DNA of 31,785 nt from Verrucomicrobiota bacterium. GTDB lineage: Bacteria > Verrucomicrobiota > Verrucomicrobiia > Limisphaerales > SXQI01. Location of the stretch: the NCBI GenBank assembly GCA_033762115.1, contig JANRLX010000109.1, positions 1 to 31,785 of the forward strand, read 5' to 3'. This document shows, in pieces, positions 1 through 9,442 of this stretch. Made by a program: the position numbers and the translations under genes. The stretch's first letter is position 1; every line of letters begins with the position of its first letter. The notes under the pieces are model-generated. The model did not search any database, was not told where the DNA came from, and worked only from the letters and a program-made list of their open reading frames with translations.

Positions 1-1
1 A

Positions 2-469
2 ATCATCGGCCATAATAATGGTCGGCGAACCGCCGAAGGTGCGGCGATTGGCGCTGGAGCTGGCCTTTTACTTGGATCGTTGCTGAACCAATCCCGAAGG
101 GAGGAATCATACTACTCCCCCGCACCCGCCTATGGTTATTCCCGCCCTCACCATGCGGTTACAGGAGCTGTTCTGGGAGGCATCGCTGGCGGCGTGATCG
201 GCCATAATAATGGACGGCATACAGCCGAGGGGATTGCGATTGGCGCTGGGACGGGGTTGCTGCTCGGGGCCATTGCGGAAGCAGAGTCCAGGCGTCGTGA
301 TGCTGTGATCCATTCAGGCAGCACATACGTGGAAGCTGCGCCAGCGCCTGCTCCCGTCGTCGTTCAAACAATTTCCCAACCTGTTCAACAGGTAACCATC
401 ATTAAACAATATCCCGGCATCACCCAGGGTAGTGCGATGAGCAGTGCCAATTCACTTTTCGGACGTTAA
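2..469 (+). CDS. Glycine-zipper (2TM-type) repeat protein, 5'-partial
   Basis: The frame is open from base 2 (IIGHNNGRRTAEGAAIGAGAGLLLGSL), so the gene starts before the window. A second glycine-zipper copy follows (GAVLGGIAGGVIGHNNGRHTAEGIAIGAGTGLLLGAI). Stop TAA ends at 469. Confidence 0.8.
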   Translation: MIGHNNGRRTAEGAAIGAGAGLLLGSLLNQSRREESYYSPAPAYGYSRPHHAVTGAVLGGIAGGVIGHNNGRHTAEGIAIGAGTGLLLGAIAEAESRRRDAVIHSGSTYVEAAPAPAPVVVQTISQPVQQVTIIKQYPGITQGSAMSSANSLFGR

Positions 470-479
470 GAAAACCAAT

Positions 480-1115
480 ATGAATCTTCCTTTTCGAAAG
501 CAGTTTAAGTTTATTTTAGCCGCATCCATCTCCGCCACCCTTGTGGGGTGTGCCAGCAGTGGTGTGCGTAATCCATCCGGGGTTGGCGTGACAGAGATGA
601 AAGCGGATGAACGCGGATTTGTTGCCGGGACCGGAATCGAGTCGCAGGATTTGGTGACAGTTGCTGACAAGATGGCCCGCAGCATCCTGAGTGTCCCGGA
701 AATCCAAAATGCACAAGGAATGCCTCGCGTCGTTCTGCATCCGGTGGTGAATGAAACCCGTTTTCCGATCAACAAGGATATTTTCCTGACTAAAATTCGT
801 GGTGAACTGAACCGGAATGCCCGGGGAAAAGTTCGTTTCCTGGCCCGTGAACAGATGTCTGTCCTCGAGCGGGAACGGGAATTGAAACAGGGTGGACAGG
901 TCACGAGCAGCAGCGATCCCAACGTGCAGGAATTCAAGGGCGCTGATTTTTTCCTGACAGGAAAATTGCAGGGTCTCAGCACGCGCGCTTCTTCAGGCAC
1001 GAGTGACTATGTGCTCTACAGCTTCCAGTTGATCGATGCACGTACTAGTGACATCGTATGGGAAGATCAGGCAGAAGTGAAAAAGCAAGGTCTTGAAGAT
1101 GCTGCCTATCGTTAA
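480..1115 (+). CDS. LpoB-like (penicillin-binding protein activator/CsgG-TolB_N fold) outer-membrane lipoprotein
   Basis: ATG at 480 gives a signal peptide with lipobox LVGC. Motifs include ESQDLVTVADKMARSIL, VVNETRF, GADFFLTGKL and YSFQLIDARTSDIVWED, typical of the LpoB family. Confidence 0.8.
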   Translation: MNLPFRKQFKFILAASISATLVGCASSGVRNPSGVGVTEMKADERGFVAGTGIESQDLVTVADKMARSILSVPEIQNAQGMPRVVLHPVVNETRFPINKDIFLTKIRGELNRNARGKVRFLAREQMSVLERERELKQGGQVTSSSDPNVQEFKGADFFLTGKLQGLSTRASSGTSDYVLYSFQLIDARTSDIVWEDQAEVKKQGLEDAAYR

Positions 1116-1136
1116 CGCCCTTTTGTCCACCTCACC

Positions 1137-2336
1137 TTGAAGATCCATTCGAAAAGAGCGGCAGGCACATCTTTTGCCGCAAAGTTGACCGCTGCGTTGA
1201 TCCTTTTCAGCGTGCTGCTCGGTGGTTGCGCGACCACCCCGAAATCCACCTGGAATCGGACAGGCGACCCGCTGGTGGATGGCCGCAGCGCAATCGCTCT
1301 TGGGCCATCCAAAGACAAGGTTCTCTGGCAGTACCGCACCGCTTTGACTGCCATGCGCCAGGGAAATTACAATGAAGCGAAATCCCTTTTGGATGACGCC
1401 ATCCTTAGCATCAGCAACCTTTATGGGAACGACAAATCAGCCAGGCAGTCCCGACGAATGTTCTCCGAAGAATCAAAAAAGACTTTTGTCGGAGAACCGT
1501 ATGAACGGGTGATGGCTTACGTTTATCGTGGCATTCTTTATTGGATGGATGGAGAGCCGGACAACGCCCGCGCTTGTTTCCGCAGCGCACAATTGATCGA
1601 TAGCGATACCGAGGACAAAACCTACGCCGCTGATTATGTCACTCTTGAATATCTCGATGGTTACGCTTCACTGAAATTAAATGCCGATGGTTCGGAGGCG
1701 TTCCAACGTGCCCAAAAGCTCAGTAAAATCGGCGGGCTTCCTGAATACAACCCCAGGGCAAACACCCTTCTCTTTTTTGAATTTGGGGAAGGGCCGATGA
1801 AGTATGCCTCCGGGGAACATCGTGAGCAGCTTCGGATCAGGCCCGGCACCTCCCGTGTGAATGGAGCATGGTTCAAGGTATCCAATAAAGCGGTGAGGAT
1901 CGGTCCCTACGACGACCTGAATTTCCAGGCCACCACTCGCGGGGGACGCGTCATGGATCACATCCTGGCCAATAAGGCAGTCTTCAAATCCACCACCGAT
2001 AATGTCGGGAATGCCGCCCTGTTGAGCGGCATTATTGTTGGAACCCAGGGACGGAACGATACCACGGCGCAGGTGGGGCTTGGTTTGGTTGCCGCCGGCC
2101 TTCTCAGCAAGATCGTTGCTGCCAGCACCACTCCCGAGGCGGATACCCGCGCATGGGACAATCTTCCGCAATATCTCAGTTTTGCCGCACTCGAGTTGCC
2201 GCCCGGTGAACATACCGCAACTGTGGAATTTACCGATGCGGGCGGCGCTGTCATTAAAACCAAATCAATCAACTTTCATGTCCCTCAAGGGGAGGGAAGC
2301 GCAGACACAGTTCTTTTTCTCAGTGATAAATCATAA
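1137..2336 (+). CDS. COG3014-like TPR-containing lipoprotein
   Basis: Lipobox LGGC. Motifs FVGEPYERVM...Y, DNARACFR, a C-terminal glycine zipper and ADTRAWDNLP resemble the family usually found beside lpoB/ycfL. Start codon uncertain (TTG). Confidence 0.7.
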   Translation: MKIHSKRAAGTSFAAKLTAALILFSVLLGGCATTPKSTWNRTGDPLVDGRSAIALGPSKDKVLWQYRTALTAMRQGNYNEAKSLLDDAILSISNLYGNDKSARQSRRMFSEESKKTFVGEPYERVMAYVYRGILYWMDGEPDNARACFRSAQLIDSDTEDKTYAADYVTLEYLDGYASLKLNADGSEAFQRAQKLSKIGGLPEYNPRANTLLFFEFGEGPMKYASGEHREQLRIRPGTSRVNGAWFKVSNKAVRIGPYDDLNFQATTRGGRVMDHILANKAVFKSTTDNVGNAALLSGIIVGTQGRNDTTAQVGLGLVAAGLLSKIVAASTTPEADTRAWDNLPQYLSFAALELPPGEHTATVEFTDAGGAVIKTKSINFHVPQGEGSADTVLFLSDKS

Positions 2337-2339
2337 TTT

Positions 2340-2747
2340 ATGAAACAACTAATTTGTCTTGGCATTTCGATCGTTGGGATTTTTTCAGGTTGTCAAAGTG
2401 GCGGGGCTTACCTGCCTAAAAATACCGACAAATACAATGTGGAGAGCAGTGCGAAATTCGTTCTGCTTGACCATATGGTGCAACGCAGCGTGACTGTGAC
2501 CGAAATCCAGGAACGCATCCTCGAGGATGGACGCTTGGAAGTGACCGCGAACGTCCGCAATCGTGAAGGGCGACGAATCCAGGTCCAGGTCAATTGCGTG
2601 TTCAAGGATGAATCCGGCTTCTCAACAGGTGACGAAACGCCGTTCCAAACCCTGATCCTCACGGAACGGGCGACCGAGGCAGTTCGGTTTACATCCATGA
2701 ACAATAAAGCTCGCCGTTATACCATTCGAGTGCGGCAGGCCCATTAA
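2340..2747 (+). CDS. YcfL/DUF1425-family lipoprotein
   Basis: Lipobox FSGC and an Ig-like beta-rich domain (DGRLEVTANVRN...IQVQVNCVFKDESGF...ARRYTIRVR). Located in an lpoB-type cluster. Confidence 0.75.
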   Translation: MKQLICLGISIVGIFSGCQSGGAYLPKNTDKYNVESSAKFVLLDHMVQRSVTVTEIQERILEDGRLEVTANVRNREGRRIQVQVNCVFKDESGFSTGDETPFQTLILTERATEAVRFTSMNNKARRYTIRVRQAH

Positions 2748-2784
2748 AGTTGAATAACCAACCAAATCGCTCGTCTTTCTAATT

Positions 2785-3759
2785 ATGAAGATTAGAATTT
2801 TTTTAATTGCTGCCTCAGCGATTGGCGTCATGGCTGGCGACCCTCCCAAAACGACCAAAATCAAGCCTTCCGAACCAAAGGTCACCACTGTTCCAGCCCC
2901 AGTTCAATCCACCGAAACCTTTGTTTATGATCAAAAACCAGTTGCCGGGCGTCCCGTCCTCGTTTCACCCGAGCAGGCCAAAAACGTGATCGAGCGGTTC
3001 AAGGAGAGTTACGCTTCGATGGGGAAACCGAAAATGGTCATCGCGGTCAATCGTGACTTGGTCGATCAAAATTCCGGTCTGAAACTGGTCGAAAAACGGG
3101 AAAAAACCCAGAGCAATCGGACGGAAGTGAATTCTGAATTCAAAGCGGATACTAATGCCTCGGCAACCGCTCCTTCCATTCCAACTGCCAGCAATCTGAC
3201 CATTGTCGGGGATGTTCGCGGCAACCAGCATCGCACCCCCGGAAAGGGAACTACTCAGACCAAGACGGAAAAAACCACTGGTGAAACTGTTTATCGACGC
3301 ACTGACCCTCCCGCTTCCACGTTAAGTGACAAACAAACCGTGCGCGACGTCGAGCGATTGTTTGGTCGTCCCTTGAGAATGGCCTCCGTTCAATTGGCTG
3401 ACCAGAAAATTGCCACTCAACTGCTCGATGAAAGCGGTGTCCTCAATGCTGAAGGGGACCAGGCTCGTAAAGATCGTGCAGCGTTAAGTAAAGTTGCGGA
3501 TGTGGTGCTCGAGGTTTTGATTTCATCTCGCAACGTGACCGTTCCGGAAATTTCTTCGGATAAAACCTATGCCGTGCCTGACATCCAGGCGACCGCCATA
3601 CGATTGAGTGATTCCAAAATTCTTGGACAGGCAACCTCTTCGGATATCATCGGAAAAGATCGTTACGCCGGGAACATTGTCAGGAATTTTGATGTGCGCG
3701 AAATTGCAGAAGCAACTGCCCTCGCTCTGATGGAGGACATGATGCTGAATGCACAGTAA
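2785..3759 (+). CDS. Secreted hypothetical protein, possible CsgG/TolB_N-like fold with a low-complexity insertion
   Basis: N-terminal signal peptide. Pattern KPKMVIAV...ADVVLEV...IQATAIRLSDSKILGQA. Last gene of the co-oriented cluster. Confidence 0.6.
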   Translation: MKIRIFLIAASAIGVMAGDPPKTTKIKPSEPKVTTVPAPVQSTETFVYDQKPVAGRPVLVSPEQAKNVIERFKESYASMGKPKMVIAVNRDLVDQNSGLKLVEKREKTQSNRTEVNSEFKADTNASATAPSIPTASNLTIVGDVRGNQHRTPGKGTTQTKTEKTTGETVYRRTDPPASTLSDKQTVRDVERLFGRPLRMASVQLADQKIATQLLDESGVLNAEGDQARKDRAALSKVADVVLEVLISSRNVTVPEISSDKTYAVPDIQATAIRLSDSKILGQATSSDIIGKDRYAGNIVRNFDVREIAEATALALMEDMMLNAQ

Positions 3760-3762
3760 CGC

Positions 3763-5156
3763 TCAGGGAGCATAACTCCAGGTATCCCCTTCTTTGATGA
3801 ACCGAGCGACCGCTTCATCCCTGAACCTTTCATTTCCATTATCTTCTTCTTTAACCGCAAGGGTGAAGATCACCTCAGTATCACTCTGAGATTTTTTTCG
3901 ATCAGGGCGCAAGGCAGAGACGGCTTTCGATTCCTCAATCAGGAGTTCACTCATCTCCGCTTCCGATTTATTTTCATTCTGCCGTTTGAAAGCCTCCCTT
4001 CCCTCTGCGGTCATGCTTGCCAGCATCGTTTGTAGATCCCCATTGCTCATGGCCCACATGACAGATTGCAGGGCGGCTTCCGGAGTGCCGTAGCCACTGA
4101 ACGCCCACAGGTCCCGTGGAATCGGTTGCTCAATCGAAGGACCGAAATTCGAAGGCATTTCGTTCCTGGCAGGCAAACTCGCAAGAGATGGCTTGTCTGA
4201 GGGCAGATTGGACCGGCTTCTGAGCAGCGCCACCTCGTTTCTCAACCGCATGAGTTCATTCATCTGGTTTTTTGCGGATTCGGATTGCCCTGTTGCTTGT
4301 GCCAATCGATTAGAAGTCATGGTGTTCAACAGAGCCAGATTTGAAACCTGTTCCAAAAGAGCCTGATTTTCGGATTTCAATTTACTGATTGCCTGCTGCT
4401 GAACCATGAGAGGAGTGGTGATGGCGACTGAAAGTGTCACGATAATGGCAAGGGTGGTTTTTTTCATGGCGAAGAATTCAAATAATAAAAGTGAAGGCGT
4501 ATTTATTGCCAGACCAGAAGCACTAGCCTGACTGGAAACCTGGATGGCGAAATTGGCAGATGTGGTTGTGAACATGCTTTGTGACAACAACGCGCTTCCC
4601 AGAATGGATTTGGAAGACCTAATGCCACGTCTTTTCAAACGCGTGGATAGCTTTTCCAAAGCTCTTGAAATGCGCTTTTGCGTGGCACCTTCTGAGCTAC
4701 CCAGAATTTCCGCAATCTGTCCGAAACTTTTCCTTCAAAATACCGAAGAATAATTGCAACGCGGTCAGTGGAATTTAAGGAATTGATCTCCTCATCCAAC
4801 CACTCCTTTAACCCTTCGAGCTTTGTGTCCGGATCTTCAGTATCTGTGCTGATCGAGGCTGCTGTCAATTCTCGCTTTTTGCGGCGTTGCTCAGAACGAA
4901 TCATTTTCCAAACAACAAAACAGGTATGTCGATGCAGCCATCCTCCAATCATCAGGTTTTCACTAAACCCCGAGGCTTTTCTGGCAAAATCCGAAAATAC
5001 TACCTGGGTTGCATCATCCGCCAGATGCTTGTCTCCCGAACCCAGCCGAATAGCGGTGGAATAGACCAGATCGATATATCTTGAAACCAGCTCGTTAAAA
5101 GCCACATCCGAGCGTGATTCGACAAAATCCTTCAATAATCGATTATTCTCCGTCAT
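3763..5156 (-). pseudogene. ECF sigma factor with TM helix and C-terminal periplasmic extension, interrupted by a 1-nt frameshift near 4728-4731 (real or sequencing error)
   Basis: ORF 4635-5156 has sigma region 2 (AFNELVSRYIDLVYSTA, DATQVVF, GWLHRHT) and the start of region 4 (DRVAIILRYFEGK). One extra A in GGA AAA G gives KSFGQIAEILGSSEGATQKRISRALEKL, a complete region-4 HTH in frame with ORF 3763-4659 (TM helix, coiled coil, NTF2-like TPEAAL...W domain). Repaired length is about 464 aa. Confidence 0.8.
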
Positions 5157-5169
5157 TGTTCCAAGTTAA

Positions 5170-5196
5170 GACCCCGCCACGGGAAAAAAGCAGACA
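5170..5196 (-). promoter_or_regulatory. Putative ECF-type (autoregulatory) promoter
   Basis: Minus strand reads TGTCTGC-N16-GGTC and ends 13 nt before the sigma ATG. It resembles the TGTCACA-N16-CGTC type of ECF promoter. Confidence 0.4.
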
Positions 5197-5397
5197 TTTT
5201 TTGGATCAGGTCATCCAAATGATTCAGCAATTGTCCTGTTGACGATTTTTCCGATATCGAGTCCATTATTCCCCCTCTGCAAAAGAAGAGAAAAATCTCA
5301 TTGCCGCGACGTTCGTGGGCCGTAAACCCCGTAACGAAAGTGAAGGGATCATCACGCCTTTATTCCAGAAGGAAGCTCAAGCAGCAGGACAAATCAC

Positions 5398-6279
5398 ATG
5401 ACGAATAAGCCCAGGTTGCGGTTTGGCCTTCCCAAGGGAAGCCTGCAGGAGGCCACCATCGAAAAGATGGGAAAAGCCGGTTTCAATATCCAGGTCAGCA
5501 GCCGTTCCTATGTTCCTTACGTTGACGATGAGGAACTGGAAATCCGGTTGATCCGCGCCCAGGAAATCAGTCGCTATGTGGAGCATGGTTACCTGGATTG
5601 CGGGATTACAGGATTGGATTGGATTCAGGAGAACAACTCCAAGATTCATGAAGTGGGCGAGTTTCTTTTCAGCAAGGCCACACGGCAGCCTGCCCGCTGG
5701 GTGCTGGCGGTGCCTGAAACTTCAGATATCAAAACGGTCAAGGATTTGCAGGGCAAAAGAATCGCCACCGAAGTGGTGAATCTCACCCGGCGATATCTTA
5801 AAAAACATGGAGTTAAGGCAGAAGTGGAATTCTCCTGGGGTGCCACCGAATTCAAGGCACATGAATTGGTGGATGCGATTGTGGAATTGACCGAGACCGG
5901 TTCTTCACTGCGGGCCAATAAATTAAGGATTGTGGACACCATCCTGACCTCCACACCACGATTGATTTCGAATATCGACAGTTGGAAGGACAAATGGAAG
6001 CGGCAAAAGATCGAAACCCTCGCGATGCTGCTCAAGGGGGCTTTGGATGCAGAGGCCAAGGTCGGTCTGAAGATGAATATCCGTGAAAAGGATATGGCAA
6101 AGTTGTTGCAATCTTTGCCCGCATTGCGTAATCCAACGGTTTCCAGTCTGAGTCAGGCTGGGTGGGTTGCGGTTGAAACGATCATTGATGAGCATGTGGT
6201 GCGCGAGCTAATCCCACAATTAAAGGCCGCAGGCGCAGAAGGAATTATTGAATATCCTTTAAATAAAGTAGTATATTGA
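5398..6279 (+). CDS. hisG: ATP phosphoribosyltransferase (long form with C-terminal regulatory domain)
   Basis: [48 protein letters not shown] and the C-terminal PTVSSL...LKAAGAEGI. Confidence 0.97.
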   Translation: MTNKPRLRFGLPKGSLQEATIEKMGKAGFNIQVSSRSYVPYVDDEELEIRLIRAQEISRYVEHGYLDCGITGLDWIQENNSKIHEVGEFLFSKATRQPARWVLAVPETSDIKTVKDLQGKRIATEVVNLTRRYLKKHGVKAEVEFSWGATEFKAHELVDAIVELTETGSSLRANKLRIVDTILTSTPRLISNIDSWKDKWKRQKIETLAMLLKGALDAEAKVGLKMNIREKDMAKLLQSLPALRNPTVSSLSQAGWVAVETIIDEHVVRELIPQLKAAGAEGIIEYPLNKVVY

Positions 6280-6297
6280 CCAAGTACGCAAATTAAT

Positions 6298-6399
6298 ATG
6301 GGTTCACTGAAGAAACGCCGAAAAGCGAAGATTAACAAACATAAACGTCGTAAACAGTTAAGAGCCAACCGCCACAAGAAGCGTACCTGGCAGAAGTAA
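6298..6399 (+). CDS. Small basic ribosomal protein, bS22/AURKAIP1-COX24 (mS38) family
   Basis: Manual translation: [33 protein letters not shown] (33 aa). This matches the MGS.(I)KKRRK.M.K.K.RK.L family pattern. It is below the ORF-track size cutoff. Confidence 0.88.
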   Translation: MGSLKKRRKAKINKHKRRKQLRANRHKKRTWQK

Positions 6400-6500
6400 C
6401 TGCTCCGGCAAGGCAGTTGCGGGAAATTTTGCAAGCCAGCGCAGTTCGTCATGCGAACTGCGCTTTGCTCATTCTGAGCCAATTGCTATCTTCTTTCAGG

Positions 6501-8195
6501 ATGAAGCTGCAACAACAAGCGTTCATATTCGGGTGCAAAACCCTTTCCCTCCTGTTATTGCTGCTGTTGCCAGCTTGTTCCCACACCAGGAACAGCTCCA
6601 TCAGATCCAAACCACAGATTGCAACTCCTGCTTCACAAGCAGCTTTACCCCCCTTATCTGACAATGAAATCTCCGCGCTGGCCCATTTTGCCACCGGCTT
6701 AAGCAACGACCTCAATCAAAAGCCGGATGTTGCTGCTGAGGAATATGCAAAATCGGCCGAGAGCGACCCTTCCCACGAACCGATAGTGATCGAGGCGGCA
6801 AGAAGGCTTATCCGCCTTCAACAGGGAGAGCGTGCTGTCGAATTGTTAAGGAAAGCCTCAGAAAGGAAGGAGGCATCCGGCACTTTGCTCGCCTGGCTCG
6901 GGCTGGCTTATGCCCAAACCGGGAAAACCAACGAGGCAATCCTCGCCAACCAGGCGGCAATCAGAAAAATGCCGGCCAACCTTCCCGCTGTCGCAAACAT
7001 GGCCCAGCTCTACATGCAAAACGGGAAGACCAATGAAGCGTTGCAAACCCTGGAGATCGCCGCTGCTCAAAGCAGCAAACTGCCCGAATACTGGGCAGGG
7101 TTGGCGGAGATTTTTGCAAGGTATCAGCGTCAGCAGGTCCTTGATGATTCCGATGCGAAAAAGAAAATCGGCGCTGCTCTCGACAAGGCAGTCGCATTAA
7201 ACCCGAACGATCCAATGCTGCGGCAACGGATTGCTGAAGGTTACCTGATGATCGGCGATCCTGCCCGGGCGGAGGTTATCCTGGCAAAACTGGAAAAGGA
7301 ATTTCCTGACATGCCGGGGATTCGTGAACGGCTGGCAAATATTTATTTGAGGGGTGGAAAAAAGGAACGTGCTGCTGAAATCCTGGAAAGCCTTCGAAAA
7401 GAGAATCCAACCAATCCTCAGCCATATCTGTTTCTCGGGGCACTCGCCAGCGAGCAAAAGAAGTTTGCCGAAGCGGCTGAGTTTTATGAAACCGCTCTTC
7501 AGCTGAATCCGACTTTCGAGCAGTTGTACTACGATCTGGCCGGGGTTTACATCACCATCCGAAAGCCGAAGGAAGCTTTGGAAGTGCTCGGAAGAGCGCG
7601 GGTCCGTTTTAAACTGAATTTTCTTACCGAGTTTTATTCCGGCGTGGCCCAAAGCATGCAGGAGAATTATAAAGCCGCGCTCAATCATTATACCTCTGCG
7701 GAACTGCTGGCTAAAGCGGCTGATTCTGCAAGGCTCACCCCTCAATTTTATTACCAGGTCGGAGCGGCTTCCGAACGCACCGGGAATCTTGAGCAGGCTG
7801 AAACATATTTCAGGAAAGCGTTGCAACTGGACCCCGAGTATTCGGAGGCGATGAATTACATGGGATATATGTGGGCGGAACGGGGGGAGCGGTTGGAGGA
7901 AGCCCTTTCCCTGATTCAAAAGGCAATCAAGCTCGAACCAAAAAATCCCGCCTACCTCGACAGCCTTGCCTGGGTATTTTACAAATTAAACCAGTATGAA
8001 GAGGCTTTGAAATGGATGCGGCAGGCCATCGAATATTCAGAGGAACCTGATGCCACCCTTTACGATCACCTTGGCGATATCCTTGCTGCCTTGAAAAAAT
8101 GGGATGAAGCCCGGGACGCCTGGCGAAAATCAATCGAATTGCAGCCGAACGAGACGATCAAAAACAAACTGAGCCAGCCAGCCTCGTCAGCCTGA
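6501..8195 (+). CDS. Tetratricopeptide-repeat lipoprotein
   Basis: ATG at 6501 gives a signal peptide with lipobox LPAC. Many TPRs, with the C-terminal AMNYMGYMWAERG...AYLDSLAWVFYK...HLGD motif. Confidence 0.85.
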   Translation: MKLQQQAFIFGCKTLSLLLLLLLPACSHTRNSSIRSKPQIATPASQAALPPLSDNEISALAHFATGLSNDLNQKPDVAAEEYAKSAESDPSHEPIVIEAARRLIRLQQGERAVELLRKASERKEASGTLLAWLGLAYAQTGKTNEAILANQAAIRKMPANLPAVANMAQLYMQNGKTNEALQTLEIAAAQSSKLPEYWAGLAEIFARYQRQQVLDDSDAKKKIGAALDKAVALNPNDPMLRQRIAEGYLMIGDPARAEVILAKLEKEFPDMPGIRERLANIYLRGGKKERAAEILESLRKENPTNPQPYLFLGALASEQKKFAEAAEFYETALQLNPTFEQLYYDLAGVYITIRKPKEALEVLGRARVRFKLNFLTEFYSGVAQSMQENYKAALNHYTSAELLAKAADSARLTPQFYYQVGAASERTGNLEQAETYFRKALQLDPEYSEAMNYMGYMWAERGERLEEALSLIQKAIKLEPKNPAYLDSLAWVFYKLNQYEEALKWMRQAIEYSEEPDATLYDHLGDILAALKKWDEARDAWRKSIELQPNETIKNKLSQPASSA

Positions 8196-8579
8196 ATGAG
8201 CACGGTCTACAAAAGACATTACACACGTGAAGAGGCTAGGGCACTCCTCCCGCAACTTCGCAAATGGCTCGACCAGCTTTCGCTCCTCAGGGATAAACTG
8301 GCTGACCTCGATGAGAGAATCAGTCGCAGCATCGGTCTGGGAGATGATCTTGGAGGGAGCCACATCAATGCCTATGTCACTGCCCTGGCTGATACAAAAC
8401 AGATCTTCCAGGAATTTGAGCAACGGGAAATCCAGATCAAGGATGTTGATCGGGGGTTGATTGATTTTCCAGCATTCATCGCTGGCCGGGAAGTATTCCT
8501 CTGTTGGGAAAAGGACGAGGAAGATGTCGAGCATTGGCATGATCTCGAAACCGGTTACTCAGGCCGGGAAAAAATTTGA
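8196..8579 (+). CDS. DUF2203 family protein
   Basis: YTREEARALLP and IKDVDRGLIDFPA..GREVFLCW..DE..V.HWH....GYSGR. The ATG directly abuts the TPR gene stop. Confidence 0.88.
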   Translation: MSTVYKRHYTREEARALLPQLRKWLDQLSLLRDKLADLDERISRSIGLGDDLGGSHINAYVTALADTKQIFQEFEQREIQIKDVDRGLIDFPAFIAGREVFLCWEKDEEDVEHWHDLETGYSGREKI

Positions 8580-8601
8580 ATCATTTGCCTGCGTGTAAAC
8601 A

Positions 8602-9399
8602 TTAATAGCAGACGTTCCGATACACATCATAAATGTCCACCTGGCCACCCGGAAAATAGGGTGTTTGCGGCATATAAAATCTCCCGCTTGATCTCTTGAA
8701 GATCAGGTTCAAAGGTTTTAACGGGTCATTGGGATCATAAGTGTTGATCACAATTCGTTCTCCTTCATCCTGAAATCCATACGCGACCACAGCGTGATTG
8801 ATTGTCAGCGCTGGAAATTTCACCACATGCAGAATGGGTGAATTCGTTTTCCCCAGCTGTTCAACAATCCGGTGAGCAGTTCTTTTCTGATGTGCCTGGC
8901 TAAAAGGAAAAATCATTCGCCAATGCCCGCGTTGAACATAACTTTGCCAGGCGCCACCCAGGCTGTGCTGCAACAAAACGGTTTTTGCGGCGCTGAATTC
9001 ATTCAGGTTCGCGTAACCAGGAATGATGATCTTTGATCTCTCCCATTCGCGAACTGAACGGTTGCGGACCCGTTTGATCAATTTTTCATATTCCTCTTCG
9101 GAAACAGGCGGCAACTCAGGATGAAATTCCGCATGGTGCAGAAACTCGCGAACGGATCGTGCCAAAACAAAACAGCGCAGCACATAATCGGGACGCGGTT
9201 CCCGAGGGGTGCCAACCCATTTTCCATTCGCATCATAATTGTAGGACCAGGCGGTTTCGTTCGTGAAGGCCAGGGTATCTTCAGGAAACCGCAGCGGACG
9301 TTCTCCTTTTTCCGGCAGACGCGCACAACCGCAGGCACCCCACAACAAAAGGAGCAGCAGCGATGCGTTAAGGCTGAAACCGGAAAAAATATTTAACAT
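8602..9399 (-). CDS. Hypothetical lipoprotein with papain-like Cys-His-Asp signature
   Basis: Hydrophobic leader ending ACGC. LRCFVLARS (Cys at a helix start), INHAVVAYG and NTYDPN occur in papain/C39-like order. Confidence 0.6.
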   Translation of the reverse strand: MLNIFSGFSLNASLLLLLLWGACGCARLPEKGERPLRFPEDTLAFTNETAWSYNYDANGKWVGTPREPRPDYVLRCFVLARSVREFLHHAEFHPELPPVSEEEYEKLIKRVRNRSVREWERSKIIIPGYANLNEFSAAKTVLLQHSLGGAWQSYVQRGHWRMIFPFSQAHQKRTAHRIVEQLGKTNSPILHVVKFPALTINHAVVAYGFQDEGERIVINTYDPNDPLKPLNLIFKRSSGRFYMPQTPYFPGGQVDIYDVYRNVCY

Positions 9400-9442
9400 G
9401 ACACTTGCCCATCAACCTAATCACGCGTTAGACACGTGCCAA

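Noticed and set aside
5280..5397. Possible his attenuator or structured leader upstream of hisG (TTCGT...ACGAA pairing)
   Set aside because: No His-codon-rich leader peptide, no terminator with a U-tract, and the pairing is short enough to be chance.
6417..6500. Upstream TTG start for the TPR protein
   Set aside because: The ATG at 6501 places the signal peptide and lipobox at a normal distance from the N-terminus.
9263..9442. N-terminal extension of the AMP-ligase overlapping the divergent gene (shared CATG at 9397-9400)
   Set aside because: The extension has no family-like sequence. The ATG at 9443 removes the overlap.
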